The notes under the pieces were generated by a model that saw nothing but the letters and a program-made list of their open reading frames with translations, did not search any database and was not told the origin of the DNA. A stretch of DNA of 63,601 nucleotides, the filler included, from Chiloscyllium plagiosum (Eukaryota): the NCBI RefSeq assembly GCF_004010195.1. It is 6 parts of one record of this genome, joined end to end, with 100 filler letters (N's around TTAATTAATTAA, not from the genome) between each part and the next. Parts side by side here need not be neighbours in the genome. Positions count along the whole stretch, not along the records: positions 30,668 to 57,236 come from NC_057711.1; 5 more parts are not named here. The stretch is one strand, 5' to 3'. The position numbers and the translations under genes are program-made. Positions 34,688 to 48,184 of this stretch are shown here, piece by piece; position 1 is the stretch's first letter; each line of letters starts with the position of its first letter.

Positions 34688-35939
34688 ATTAAAATGTAAT
34701 AATTAACATAAAATATTTCCTATTGTCACTGAAATGAAAATTCATCTAAAGGTTCAATGCAGAGCCCACTGAAACATTATAGCCTAGAGGTTGGTGTTTG
34801 TGGTAACAACATTGAGCTAAATGGTTTGATAGCTCTTAGTTGGTTAAGCAGAGACATTGTCCTTTTTAAAAAAATAACCCCCCAAGACTTACCATCTGTG
34901 CAGGGATGGGTCGTGGTTTTGGAATTGTATATTTCATCTTGGCCTCTTCTTCTTTCTTAATTTCAGACAAAACTCGCTGTCAGGGTTACAAAGAAACACA
35001 GGTGGGTAACTATAACAACAGAACATAACTGAAAAATAATTTTGCAAATCTTTGTACATCAGCACAGCACTCGACTCTAATTCACTTGTGTAGGTGGTCA
35101 GAGCAGCTTTCAAAAGGACCACTTTTGCAGTTTGTTAGATTCTATCTTATACAATGTATAATTAAGAGGTTGCATATGCAAAAGAAATGGTTAGAACAGG
35201 TCTATAAATAGAGAATACTTAGCTTGTAAGTTAACAATGAATCATTGCTGAAATTTAAAATGTCTATTTTGGAGGTTATATGGAACTATGTGCACCTTGT
35301 GCATGGAGCTTTTAATGGCCACTCAGTTGTAAAGTATGGAGCCCCTTGCACCCACATCAGTGGAGTATAAAACAGGTGTCCGGAGCTCCTGGTTGTGAAT
35401 GTGGAAATGTCAATATGAAGCAGATAGAGATGACAAGACCAAAATGTGAGTGAAATTGAACAGCAATTTGTGAATTTTGACCCCATCATTATTAACAGTC
35501 CAAATCAACATGCTATGAGGTATTTCTAAGATTTTGACCCAGTGACAGTGAAGAAATGGCAATAAGCTTCCAAATGAAGAATGAAGAGTGTCTTAGAGAG
35601 AAACTTGAAGATTATTGTACAAAAAAGCAAAGCAAAACTGCAGATGATGGAGATCTGAAACAAAAACCAAAATTTCTGGAGAAACTCAGCAGGTCTGGCA
35701 TCCTCTGTGGAGAGATAGCAGATGCTGGACATTGCTGCTGCTGCTACTATACATCAATGTTGAAGGGAGTGAATATTTCAGGTGGTGGATGGGGAGCCAA
35801 CCAAGTGAAGAAATGGATTCTAAATTCTGACACTCAGACCTCTTGTTCTATATTACCCCTCAGCATCTTTCCTGTCAGGCTCACTCAGATTCTTATATAT
35901 TTCAAGATGATCTCTTGCCATTTTTTCTAAAAACCAGAA

Positions 35940-36350
35940 AGCACATGAACAAGAGTAGACCTTTCAGCCCTCCCTGCATGTTCCACTATTCAATAAGATC
36001 CTGGCTGATCTGTGGCCAAACACTATATGCTGGTCTTTGATCCATATCCCTTAATACCTTTTCTTAATCAGAAAAGAACTATCTCAGATTTTAAAATTAA
36101 CAACTGATCTTGCATCAATGCCTTTTTGTGGAAAAGTTCCAAACCTCTTTATGTCCTAAAATCTCCCCTGAACGGTCTGGCCCTAAAACAGACTAGGCCT
36201 CTTAGTTCTACAATCCCCAACCAGTGAAAATAGTTCATTTTTATTTACCCTGACTTTTCCTGTTATTATCTTGATAACTTTGATCAGATCACTCCTTAAC
36301 CTTCTAAATGCTACAGAAAACAGGCTTAATTTGAATAATCTCTCCTCATA
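35940..36350 (-). mobile_element. Decayed CR1 3' end
   Basis: LFSV..RRLRSDLIKV.K remnant on the minus strand. Confidence 0.6.
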
Positions 36351-36669
36351 ACTTTTAAAGATCTATTTGACTCAGAGGAGAACGCTTTCATCCTTGGAAT
36401 CAATAAACTAGTTTTTGTCTGATTATCTATACCCCTCTGACTACAAGTATTGACTAGCCTGTTTGACCAAACTGTTGGTCTTCCGACCTTATATTTTATG
36501 TTGTCCAGAATCATATTTTGTTTAATCAAACTCCTGTAAAGTGCCTGTGAGAGTTTTGTTACGTTAAAATTGCTGATGAAGAGGAACGGTTCTTAAATGA
36601 GAGTGTCAATCTCTAAAGACATGTCCAGGTGATCTGTACCCAAGCCTCTAATATTTTCTGTCAGCTTGG

Positions 36670-37000
36670 CAGTGGGTATTGCTTATGCTGCCTCATAATG
36701 CCAGAGACACGGGTTCAATTCCATCCTCGGGCGGTTTTCAGTATGGAGTTTGCACATTCTCCCTGTGTCTGCATGGGTTTCCTCCCACAGTCCAACCATG
36801 TGCAGGTTAGGTGGATTGGCCATGCTAAACTGCCCATACTGTCCAGGGATATGCAGGGTAGGCAGATTGGCCATGGGAAAATGCAAGGTTTCAGGGATAG
36901 GGTGGAAGGTGGGATTTGGTCTGGCTGGAATCATGTTTGGAGGGTCAATGTGGAATCGGTGGACTGAACGGTCTGCTTCCACACTAGAGGGATTCTTTGA
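36670..37000 (+). mobile_element. HE1-type V-SINE
   Basis: B box GGTTCAATTCC and V-core. Confidence 0.8.
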
Positions 37001-37004
37001 TATC

Positions 37005-37330
37005 TCCTGAGTCAAAAGCTCATGAGTTCAAGTCCCACTCTAAAGGCTTGAGAACATAATCTAGTCTGAAACAGCAGTAAAGAATTGAAGGAGCACTAAT
37101 CTTTGGATGACATGTTGAACTGAGGCTCTGTTTGCCCTTCAGGGGGATGGTAAAAATCTCAATGCACTTTGCAAAGTAACCTGTCTAAAATTTATTGCCA
37201 AGAGCAATCAAACAGAGTGCCTGGTTGTTGCACTTCCCTGCGTAACAGTGACTGCACATCAGAAGTAAATCATTGACTGTGAAGTGTTCTGAAATGTTGT
37301 GAAAGCTATTATATAAACACCAATTCATTC
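37005..37330 (+). mobile_element. Decayed Deu-domain SINE
   Basis: GAGTTCAAGTCCCACTC head; GTGAAAGCTATTATATAAA tail. Confidence 0.6.
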
Positions 37331-37543
37331 TTGGCCTGGCTGCCAGGCAAGTCGTCATCCAAACTGATATGCCTTTCCAGGTCCTTCCACCTGGACAGGC
37401 ACAGAACAGTCACAGAACAACTTCAAACAGTAGAACAAAGACTGAGACCCTGTTAAGTGTGGACTCGTATGTGCAAAGAGATTATAAACCCATACTGTAT
37501 GTTTGGACCACCGAATGTGCTCGTGCACCACAGCATTGGAATT

Positions 37544-38969
37544 TGTTATTAATTTGTTCAATTTTTAAATGGTTCAATTGTAATTGTTCAATTCTTAAAT
37601 TAACATTTAAACATCCCTGTTTTTATTTATTTTTCTCATTTTTTTGGATTGGAACTTTGAGCTGAATTTGAAAGTTAAACTTTGGACTTTGAGCAGTAGC
37701 TTGTTTTAAAACCAAACTGATATATGTTTATGGGAACTGGCTTGGAAAGTTAGTTGCAAGTTGTTTATAATTCTAAGAACACCACAGAAGTTTTGGCACC
37801 TGAGATATATTATGCTCAAGGACCGGCAGCTGCTTAAAAGGGTCAACAGAGAGAATGTTGGAAACAAAAAGAAATATGAAAGATTGAACTGGTTTTGATT
37901 GTCTTTTTTTCTTGGCAGAAGGTAGTGTGGCTGTGAAAACTGCTGGAAATGTTTTGGTTGCTCTCTTGAATTCCTCCAGTTATCAAATTTTTAAAAGTTC
38001 TGAGGAAAGAACTGCAGTCTGTGTAACATAAGTAAAAGTCTCCACAGTCTGTGAAATCCATTTGTATTGACCAGTGACTTTAGAATCAAGTCCCACATAC
38101 CTGTAAACAACTCATTATCCAAGGAATGCATGAAGGCTTAGCAACTATCATTTATAGAATCATAGAATCCCTACAGTAGGTAAGCAGGCCATTTGGCCCA
38201 TTGTGTCCACAGTACCCATCCAAAGGACATCCCAGACCCACCCACCTACCCTGTCCCTGTAACCCTGCATTTCCCATGGCTAATCCATCTTGCCTGCACA
38301 TCCCTGGACACTATGGGCAATTTAGCATGACCAACCCACCTTACCTAATTTGAAACTGTTTAAGTGAACAAGCCAGTCACGACTTTTTAAATTTTTATTT
38401 TATTTCATCCCTTTAGAGTGTGTGTGTGTGCGCACATGTCTGTGTATCTTTGTGAGTATGGGGATTTATGATCAAAGAAGATTGGGTTTAAATTGTAGAC
38501 ATTAATTTGAATGGGGGCATCAGTTAGATCAGTTGGTTGGATCGTTGGTGAGTGAAGGCAACAGCGTGAGTTCAATTTCCACTTCAGCAGAGATTACCAT
38601 CAAGGATTCTCCTTCTCAAACTTTTTCCTTCCCTGAGTATGCTGACCTTCGGTTAAAACCATCATCAAAACCTTCACCAGTCATCTCTCTCTCTATTGAG
38701 ACAGCAGCCCTCTTGTTTGGTAAGATAATGGGACTTTAATTAGAATACTCTGTTGTTTAACTTTGCTCTGCTAATGCTACAGTATTAATAATATGTTGTT
38801 AATTTTTGTTTAAGCTATAAATTTGTTATCTTATATCTGTTATTCATTAAATCTGGTTAAGAACAATTGGACAATTTTGAGGGTCACTGAATATTTTAAT
38901 TTCACAGTTGGTGTTATCTAGTGTTAGTGAGTCTGGTTTGTTCTGGCTTACCATCTCTGTGTTGTAACA
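37544..38969. mobile_element. Solo LTR with two nested SINEs (38154-38347 HE1 minus; ~38515-38716 another tRNA SINE)
   Basis: TGTTA...TAACA termini with 4-bp TSD AATT on both sides. Confidence 0.62.
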
Positions 38970-39442
38970 AATTATAAGAAATTATAAGTAAACATATCTG
39001 TGTAAATCACTGAACAGCATTTCACTGGACACTGCTCATTCCCTCTTTTGTGTAATTTGAGGAAATCTTTTTGCAATTGTTTTCAGGCTGCTCTGCTGAC
39101 ATGAATTTGACTGTTGGTTTTTGGACACTGGTTGAAATTACAAAAGTAAAGTATTCATGTTCATGAAAAGCATGAGAAAGACCTTGTTTGCAATTTGGGT
39201 TTATAACATTTTTCAAAGTCTGTTGCACTATCACTTTACTGGGGTTGCTGTCCATTTGATTAAGACTGGGTTCTCAGCGGTCCCAGTGTGAGGTCTTACT
39301 ATCTAGTTTACATCTTTTGCAGAACATTGAAGTTGCATTCATCAGTGTCCAAAATTACAACGTAACTATTGTTTTTAATCATCTTCCTTGACTTCTTTTC
39401 CAAATTGGAATATTGTTGACCATGCCAGCATCCTCCAATGTC

Positions 39443-40492
39443 TGTGGTAGTAGTTGAAGGGAGTTTCTCGAAATGGAGAAAGGTGATCAGTGGTGTTCCA
39501 CAGGGATCAGTGTTGGGGCCACTGTTGTTTGTAATATACATAAATGATCTAGAAGAGGGCACTGTTGGTATGATCAGCGAGTTTGCAGATGACACAAAGA
39601 TTGGTGGAGTAGCAGAAAGCATAAGGGACTGTCAGAGAATACAGGAGGATATAGATAGACTGGAGAGTTGGGCGGAAAAGTGGCAGATGGTTTTCAATCC
39701 AGACAAATGTGAGGTGATGCATTTAGGCAAGACTAATTCTAGAGCGAATTATACAATGAACGGAAGAGCCTTGGGGAAAGTTGATGGGCAGAGAGATCTG
39801 GGAGAGCAGGTCCATTATACCCTGAAGGTTGCTGCACAGGTGGATAGAGTGGTCAAGTAGGCATATAGTATGCTTGCCTTCATTGGACAGGGTATTGAGT
39901 ATAAGAGCTGCAAGTCATGTTAAAATTGTACAAGACATTGGTTTGGCCACATTTAGAATACTGTGTACAGCTCTGAGCGCCACATTACCAAAAGGATGTG
40001 GATGCTTTGGAGAGGGTTTAGGAGGATGTTGACTGGAATGGAAGGTGCTAACTATGAAAAGAGGTTGAGTAGGTTAGGCTTATTTTCACTAGAAAAAAGG
40101 AGATTGAGGGGGGACCTGTTTGAGGTTTACAAAATCATGAAGGGTATAGACAGGTGGATAGAGACAAGCTTTTTCCCAGGGTGAAGGATTCAATAACGAG
40201 AGGTCATGCTTTCAAGGTGAGAGGTGGAAAGTTTAAGGAGGATACATGCGGCAAGTACTTCACGCAGAGGATGGTGGGCGTATGGAACGCGTTACCAGCA
40301 GAGGTGGTAGAGGCAGGCACAGTAGATTAATTTAAGATGCATCTGGACAGATGCATGAATAGGTGGGGAGCAGAGGGATACAAATACTTAGGAATTGACC
40401 GATAGGTTTAGAAAGTACATTTGGATCAGCTCAGGCTTGGAGGACTGAAGGGCCTGTCCCTCGGCTGTAAATTTTCTTTGTTCTTTGTTCTT
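39443..40492 (+). mobile_element. 5'-truncated CR1/HER1 LINE
   Basis: SGVPQGSVLGP, FADD and FNPDKCEVMH motifs; (TTCTTTG)n tail; possible TSD TGTCT. Confidence 0.92.
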
Positions 40493-41094
40493 TGTCTCCT
40501 CCTCTGTTGTCTGCTGACAAAGCCTTCTTTACAACCATTAGCAAACTTTGACTGTGGCTCCAGTAATCACCAGTGCAACCACTTCAGGTTGAGTAAAGAA
40601 ATGGGAAACCTTTGTACTATGACTCTAAACACAGTTATCTCCATAACCACTCCATAAACAAGGCCATTTTCTTCTCCTCTGTAACACTGGCCTCTGCACT
40701 GCAAAACGCTGTGTCTCTGGCCTAAAGGTTTGACAAATACTTTGATTAACATTTTCCTAACATGTTACTCTTCTGTAAACTTCAATTCACTCAGTTTTGT
40801 GTCCTCATCCTCACAAAATCCCCTACTTCGAACTTCTCAAAGATGCATTGTTCCGTCAAGACCTTTAGGGGTTGCATTGAAAAATTCCCATCCTCACTCT
40901 GATCTTTGTGTTTTTATCTGCCCTATCTTGGTGATTTTCTTTTATATAGTTCGGGATTGAACCTAAACTTCCAAAAAGGGGGCCTCCTTTTGTCTTTTCT
41001 CTCCTATCATTTAGCTGTTTTGCTCTTGACCTTTACAGTATCCAGCTGCTTTTCTGCTAACTGATTGCCTCCTTTCCTATTTTAAAAGCTTTTT

Positions 41095-41545
41095 TTCAGT
41101 CATGGGATGTGGGCATTGTGGGCTCGGCCAGCACCAGTGTTTATTGTGTTGTCCCTAGAGATACTTGGGACAGTGATGATGAGCTGCCTTCTTGAACTGC
41201 TGCAGTTTATGTGCTGTAATTGCAACCACATTGGCCTTAGGGAGAGAATTCCCAGTGACACTTAAAGAATGGCGATATATTTTTTGGTCATGAAGGTGAA
41301 TGGCTTGGAGACTTTGCAGGTGATGATATTCCCATGTAGCTGCTCCCTTATCCTTCTAGATGGAAGTGGTTGTGTGTTCAGAAGGTGCTGTCTAAGGAGC
41401 CTTTGTGAACTTCTGCAGTGCATTTTGTAGGTGGTACACATAGCTGCTATTGAGTGTTGGTGATGGAGGGAGTGAATGATTGTGGATATGGTGCCAATTA
41501 AATGGGCTGCTTTGTCCTGGATGGTGTCAAGCTTCTTGAATATTT
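41095..41545 (-). mobile_element. L2-like LINE 3' end
   Basis: Same tail family as 44860-45110 and 57895-58510. Confidence 0.6.
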
Positions 41546-42354
41546 ATGAAAATATTAGCAGAGTTGTGATACTGTAAACTTTAGAACTTTAAGAACTGTT
41601 CCTAAGTTGAAAGAATCAGCAATAACTCTGTCTGAAATAAACCATTTCCTGAGATAAAAGGAACAAGGTGAGAATATTATAAAGGGATTAAAAGCAACAC
41701 GCGAATTAGCCATCCCTAGAAAGATGTAGTTGAGGCAACATAAACAAGCTGTTTCCTGGGAGAGAGGTGGTAGCATTGCTTGATTACCTGCTACCTTATG
41801 ACAGATGGGCAATTAAGATTTTCTTCACAATGAATGTCCTATAGCAAAGGGTTTAATTGCAGGAAAAGTTGAGTCTTTGAACAGTCAACACCAAATGTAA
41901 CAAGAAAAAGGAGGAGCTCCTTCTGATAAGAAGGAAAGTCACAGACATGAGGGCTCCAGAAATGTAATTAATATTGGGGTTGAAAGAATCTAAAGTATCA
42001 ATAATGACACACCACAAACATGAAAGAGAGAAAATTGTGTAAAATCATGTACTCCATGATTCTTTAGCAGCAGAACATTGAAGAACCACACTGTACAAGG
42101 ATCGAACCCTGGATGCATCCAGAGACAAATGCAGTTGGTTGGAATCATAGTTAAATTCTGCCATTAATTGGTTAATAGCTAATTTGGGTTGTGAGGCTTA
42201 TATGCTTACTTGAGGGGTCTTATTTTGGTTCTTACATGCAATCTTTAAGTAATTGTTTCAGTATTTGATTGTCTGTGAGATATATTAATAAGTAGTCTAA
42301 TTAAAGGTAGTCTGTGGTAATTTAACCACAAGAGGGTATACTGAAGACCCAGCC

Positions 42355-42835
42355 AGAATACAATCTGTGACCTTGCCATCCTCAGTGCTTCCTTCGAGTG
42401 TTATTCAACGTGGAGTAGCACTGACTCATCAGCCAAGGGATGTTGGTTGGTCGGAGAAGGAGGGGGTCCTTGCCCATGGTTGACCTGGTGCCATGAGATA
42501 TCACGATGTCCAGAGCCAATATTGAGGACTCCCATGGAAACTTCTTCCTGGTTGTATCTACCACTGTGCTGCTATTCTGCTGTCCTACCAATGGGACAGG
42601 ACATATCGAGGGATGGTGGTATCTGGGATATAACAATACACACAGAGTCATAATGTACAGACAACATCAGGGTGTTGCTTGACTAGTCTGTGAGACAGCT
42701 CTCCCAATTTTAGCACTAGCCCCCAAATGTTGGTAAAGAGGATTTTGTAGGAATGACAGGGCTATTTTTCAAGTTGTTGTTTCTGGTGCCTGGGCAATAC
42801 CAGATAGTCTGTCCGGTTTCCTTTCTTTGTTGAAG
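42355..42835 (-). mobile_element. L2-like LINE endonuclease N-terminal remnant
   Basis: GELSHRLVKQHPD and GYVLSH..DSR-like remnants on the minus strand. Confidence 0.5.
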
Positions 42836-44209
42836 CTTCTCTGTGTGATCGTTCCCATTCTAACTGTTCAGATCCCAGTTGATGGATCACTTCAGATCCC
42901 AGAGTGAAACATGGGTTGGTAGATCTTTAAATTTAATTTTTTTTAGTTGGTACTGTGATTGCTAGTGATGGACATAACTCAGGAGGATGCAAAGATTCTT
43001 TGATAAAAGTGCACAAATTTATGATACAAAAGAGAAGAAAACAAGTTATATATACATAACTGTTTAGAAAGGTCTTAAACCAAACAGTAAAACAAAGTTT
43101 CAACATATTTCAAAACACTCTCCGTCACAGATACTCCAAGAGAAACATACTCCTTTCTTAACTATAACTTCTCACTTAAATGTCTTTTCTCATTCTCCTC
43201 CTCAGCCTAAGAGAGTTTTATGACTTATTTTCAATAGTTCAAAATTCTGACAACTTAAGAACTTTCACTGTCACACTTGGAGGCTTCACAAACTGAAACC
43301 TTCCTCAGAAGGTGACTGGTCATCCTGAATTAAAAACTTCATTCTCCCGCTAGGGGGAAACTGTTCTCTCTTCTGAACTGAACTCTTAATTCTTGTGAAC
43401 TGAAGTTAAAGGCTAAATTACTGGCCTCTGGTCTGTTTGCTCTGTTTTCCACAAATGCAGCAATGTAAATATTCCATCCATTTACTTCACAGGTGTCCTG
43501 CTAGACACTTGACTGAATCAGACTCCTTCTGTGAATGTTTTATGTCACCGTTCCAAATAATTTTCTGACCATTATTTCCTTTTAAAAAAACAATTATTTT
43601 CAAAGAACAGGCCAAAATGTATCTGTTTTAAAAAGAAAACAAAATTTCAAGGATAATAATATATTAAAATTTCTCAGACTGTTTCTTTTTCTTGCTTCTT
43701 GATACTTATTTTCTTTCTCCTCTTCAATATATAACACATTTCGGTGTTTTCTTCCCAAATAAAAGCGAAATACAGATGCACTTGTTCCACATACACTTTA
43801 CAAATTATGAGTCAAATATATGCATACCCTTTTATGTTCGGTTTCATGTATCATGGCACACCGGAATGCATCAATGTTGGATTCCATGAGATGCTCCTAT
43901 GAAAAAAGAATATGTAGTTTGAGTCATATCAATGATAGATCTTTGTAAACTCCATTCCCATTGCTGTCTTTTCTGTTTGTTACTGATGAGAGGTTCAACT
44001 TAAAAAGTGGACAATATGCAAGAAGATTAACAGCTGATTCACCTGCCAGCTTGAAGCACTCACCATAAACAATGCCTGGAAAATTATTTAACTTCAACAT
44101 TTTTCCTTTCCAACCTTGTAGCTTTATATTTTGGCAATTATTCCTTTCTTACTAATTTTTATGACATTTTTATGATTCCTCACTAAGATAGGGAAGATAG
44201 GGAATGGAA

Positions 44210-44843
44210 ATGGTGGCATAGTGCGAATGCCCCTAAATTACTAAAACAAGCGATTCAGGCTGGATACATGGGTCCATATCCCAACACAGCAATTGAAAGT
44301 TGGCCAAACAGTCACCATGTAACTACTAATGGTTGTAAAAGCCCATCTGGCTCATTAATGTCCTTTAGCGAAGGACGGCACGGTGGCAGTGGTTAGCACT
44401 ACTGCCTCACAGCGCCAGAGACCCGGGTTCATTTTTCCCACCTCAGGCGACTGACTGTGTGGAGTTTGCACATTCTCCCCATGTCTGCGTGGGTTTCCTC
44501 TGGGTGCTCTGGTTTCCTCCCACAGTCCAAAGATGTGCAGGTTAGGTGAATTGGCCATGCTAAATTGCCCGTAGTGTTAGGTGAAGGGGTAAATGTAGGT
44601 GTATGGGTGGGTTGCGCTTCGGCGGGTCGGTGTGGACTTGTTGAGCCGAGGGGCCTGTTTCCATGCTGTAAGTAATCTAATCTAATCTAATCTAATCTGC
44701 CATTCTTACTTGGCCTAGCTTACATGTAACTCCAGACTGACTGCAATGTCATTAACTCTTAACTGCCCTCTGGGCAATTAGGGATGGGCAATAAATGCTA
44801 ATCTAGTTAGTGATGCCCAAATTCCATGAACAATTTAAAAAAA
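44210..44843 (+). mobile_element. tRNA-like SINE with L2-type tail, split by a young HE1 SINE (44374-44697)
   Basis: Host SINE resumes after the (TAATC)n tail; ends GCAATTAGGGATGGGCAATAAATGCT...CCATGAA-A. Confidence 0.65.
44374..44697 (+). mobile_element. HE1-type V-SINE, full length
   Basis: tRNA head, V-core and (TAATC)n tail. Confidence 0.9.
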
Positions 44844-45179
44844 GACAGAAAGGAGGAGGGATAACAGTGTTCAAGACAGATGCCCTCAAGGGGTCAAGGA
44901 CAGAATTCATTTGGTTACAGTTAAGTAACAATAGATGTAGCATTATGCTGGGTCAAAATCCTGGAGTTCCATCCCAAACTGGAGCATAGGTTTCTAAACG
45001 GACTGCAGCAACTCAAGAAAGTAGCTCACCACCATTTGCTTGAGGGCAACTAGGGATGAGCAATAAATCTGGCCCAGCAAGCAACACCCACATTCCATGA
45101 GTGAATTTCTTTTTTTAAAAGTGCTTCTTGTGTGTATTCCATAAGGTAACAATTGGTAAGAAAGATAGCAAACCAAATT

Positions 45180-46910
45180 TCCAAGGAAAGTACAGATGTC
45201 TTTGAGTTATATAGGGGAATTTTAATTATCCTAACATAGACTGGGATTGTAATCATGTGAAGGGTAGAGGGGAGAAGGGTTTCTTGAATGAATTCAGGAG
45301 AATGTTCTACATCAGTAGCTTATAACCCAATGTAGATGGAAGTCTTGTTGGATCTGGTTCCTGGGAATAAGATCAAGTGGGTTATAAGTTAATGGACACT
45401 GATAGCTGTTTCATAACATTTAGGCTGATCATGGAAAAGTACATTGTGCAATGCAGAACAAAAATGACAGGGGGAGGGTAAATATTAACAGATGAGACAA
45501 AAGAAAGATATTGAAGATGCTAAAAATCTGAAATGAAATTAAACATTATGAAAATTCAGCAGCATTTGTGGAGAGGAACAGATTTAATGTTTCAGGTTGA
45601 ATGACCCTTAATCAGAATTTAATCAAGATAAATTGAAATGAAAGATTGGTAGGTCAAACTGTAACTGAACAAAGGACAGTCATTTGGGTACAATCCAGGC
45701 ACATGCACAAGAGGTAGAAAGAGATCAAATAGTGGGCTTTCTGGATGTGAAAGAGATTGAGATGAAACAGAGGAAGAGGGTGTCTGATAGAAGTATTCTG
45801 TATATAAACAGTGAGAGGATGGTTAAAAAGAAAAGTGGGGTCTACTAGGGACCTAAAACAGGACTTAAACATGGAAATAGAGGGCATTTACGGTTCTACC
45901 AAGTTAGAAGCTGCTTTCAGTTAGGTAATTGAGACCCAGATGGACTAATGATGGGAGAGATATGAAACAGGCTGAGTTCTGAAGAAGAGCCATATTGGAC
46001 TCAAACATTAATTCTGTTCCTCTCTCCACAGATGCTACCAAACATGCCAAGTTTATCCAGCACTTAATGTTTTTATTCAACAGACTATCTGTACTCAAAG
46101 TTGATAAAGTCACTGGGACTGCATGGGATTCATCCAGGATCTAACAACAGGAAAAAATTGGTGAGTCACTGATCATGACCTTCCAGTCCCCAATAGATAC
46201 AGCAGTAGTGTAAGACAGCTGGAAAATTGTAAATATTACTTCTTACTCAAATCAAAAGGTATAAAGATAGGCCCAACAACTAGTCAGTTGTGGGGAAGCT
46301 TTAAGGAATGACATTAACAGTTACATTGTCAAATGTGGATTAATTAAATAAAGCTATTGTGGATTTGTTAAAGGCAAACTAATTTGGATGAATTTCTTAA
46401 CAGTGTGGATTTTTGAGCTCAGTGTCATGACTTCCAAAAAGCATTTGACAAAGTGTCACATAATAGGATTGTCAGTAAAATTCGAGTTCATGAAATGGAT
46501 ATGAAGTAAAATGTAAGGTCGCTATTGTCTTACCAGAATGTAAGGCTACTCTCTCATTAGAAAGAGATTCCTGCGGGGGTCGTTTAACCTGAGAATCACC
46601 ATGCCTCAGGCAAGGGGAGAGGTTGAAAGGAAAGTACTCCATGGTATGCTCAGCTTTTTGGCATTATCTCCATTGCAAACCAGCCATCCAGCCAACTGAG
46701 CTCAGTAGAGAGCTGTGAACGTTTTTTTATTCAGATTGGGGGAATGTGGCCAGTGTTTAGACTCCTGCCTTTGTTGATATGCATTTATCACCTTTGTTGA
46801 GCACAACAATGTTTCAAAATGGGAACTGTGGAAAGGAGAATGGTAAACATCAATAGGAATTGTCAGGCTAGTGGAAGAGACAAACAAGTGGCAGATGAAA
46901 TTTAATATGT
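45180..46910 (+). mobile_element. Highly decayed CR1 ORF2 with nested PLE tails (~45510-45620, ~45975-46085) and a SINE (~46520-46705)
   Basis: GEFNYPNIDW, LLDLV.GN and DFQKAFDKVSH remnants. Confidence 0.55.
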
Positions 46911-47179
46911 AAGTCACAGAGTCATGCAGAATAGAAACAAGTTCTTCAGCCCACCATGTCTATGCGACCAGAAAAACACCATTATAAATTAATCCCATTT
47001 ATCTGCACTTGCTCATAGACTACTATACCCTGGCATTTTCAATGCTCATCCAGATATCTTAAATGTTGCCAGAGTACCTGCCTCTCAGACAGTGCATTCC
47101 ATACCTCTACCACCCGCTGTGCAAAATCACATCAATTGCATGCCCTCACTAATATATTTAGTCACTTTTTTAAAAAAAC

Positions 47180-47620
47180 AACAGAGGTGTGGAGGGGACA
47201 GCGAGTCCAGCAGCATGGAGCAGACAGCTAGCTCAGCTACTCTAGATGACAGCACCAGTACAGTCGGCCCGTCCACTCCAGGCCGGTCATATTCTTTATT
47301 TTTAATCTTTCTCTCCTTTTCATCTTTTTCTTCTTCTTTTCGTCATCTTCTTGATGATGTGGGGAGGCCGGAGCAGTGTTAGTGGTGACTGGAGCAGGGA
47401 CTCCTGGAATTAACGGTGAGACATTGGCTGCAGCAGGGACCTCACAGAGACCTTGCCGAAGTCTCAGAGCCATGTTTGGGACCTTGGCCTATTTAAGTAT
47501 TTTCTCTTTATTCATTTGTATCTGAAAATGATGCTGGATTCTGTTGACAGAACATTTTTCACTGTATCTCCCTAGATACATGTGACAATAAATCAGTCGT
47601 TCATTCACTCATTCAATTCA
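47180..47620 (+). mobile_element. Short non-autonomous retroposon with Rex1/Babar-like 3' tail
   Basis: Ends TTTCACTGTA...TACATGTGACAATAAATC followed by (ATTC)n. Confidence 0.45.
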
Positions 47621-48180
47621 ATTAAATTAGTCAAATGGGAATTGCCCCCAACTAATTATCCCTGATCAATCTCTGCCTTTCCAACTGTTGATTAATCCAG
47701 TCTCTCAGAAACTTTTCCAACAATTTCCTGACCACTAACGTCAGACTAATTACTTGGCCTATCCCTGCTGCCCTTCTTGTACAAAGGAACCACATTAGCT
47801 CACCATCAATAACCTAGCACTTCACCTGTGGCCATCAAAATATAAAATATATCTGCCCGAGCCAGAGCAGTCTCCTCCCTTGCATCCCATAGCAGCCTGG
47901 CATACATCTCATCACAACCTGGGATTTATGCACTTTTATGTCTGCTAAACCATCTGACACCTCCTCCTTATTAATCCTAACATGTTCTAGAACCTCACCA
48001 TCCCAACTGAATCCCCAACTACAATGTCTTTTTCCTCTGAATACAGATGAGAAATATTCATTTAAGGCCTCATACACATCCTTTGGCTCCGTGCACGGAT
48101 TGCCCCTTTGGCCTCACTCTTTCCTCTTACTTTTAATATACTTATAAAAAGTTTGGGATTTTTATTAATCTTATCTACCA
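47620..48180 (-). mobile_element. Decayed CR1 ORF2 fragment
   Basis: ALNEYFSSVF motif. Confidence 0.7.
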
Positions 48181-48184
48181 ATAT

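Noticed and set aside
42955..43860. Possible additional solo LTR
   Set aside because: LTR-like composition, but I could not find matching termini with a TSD.
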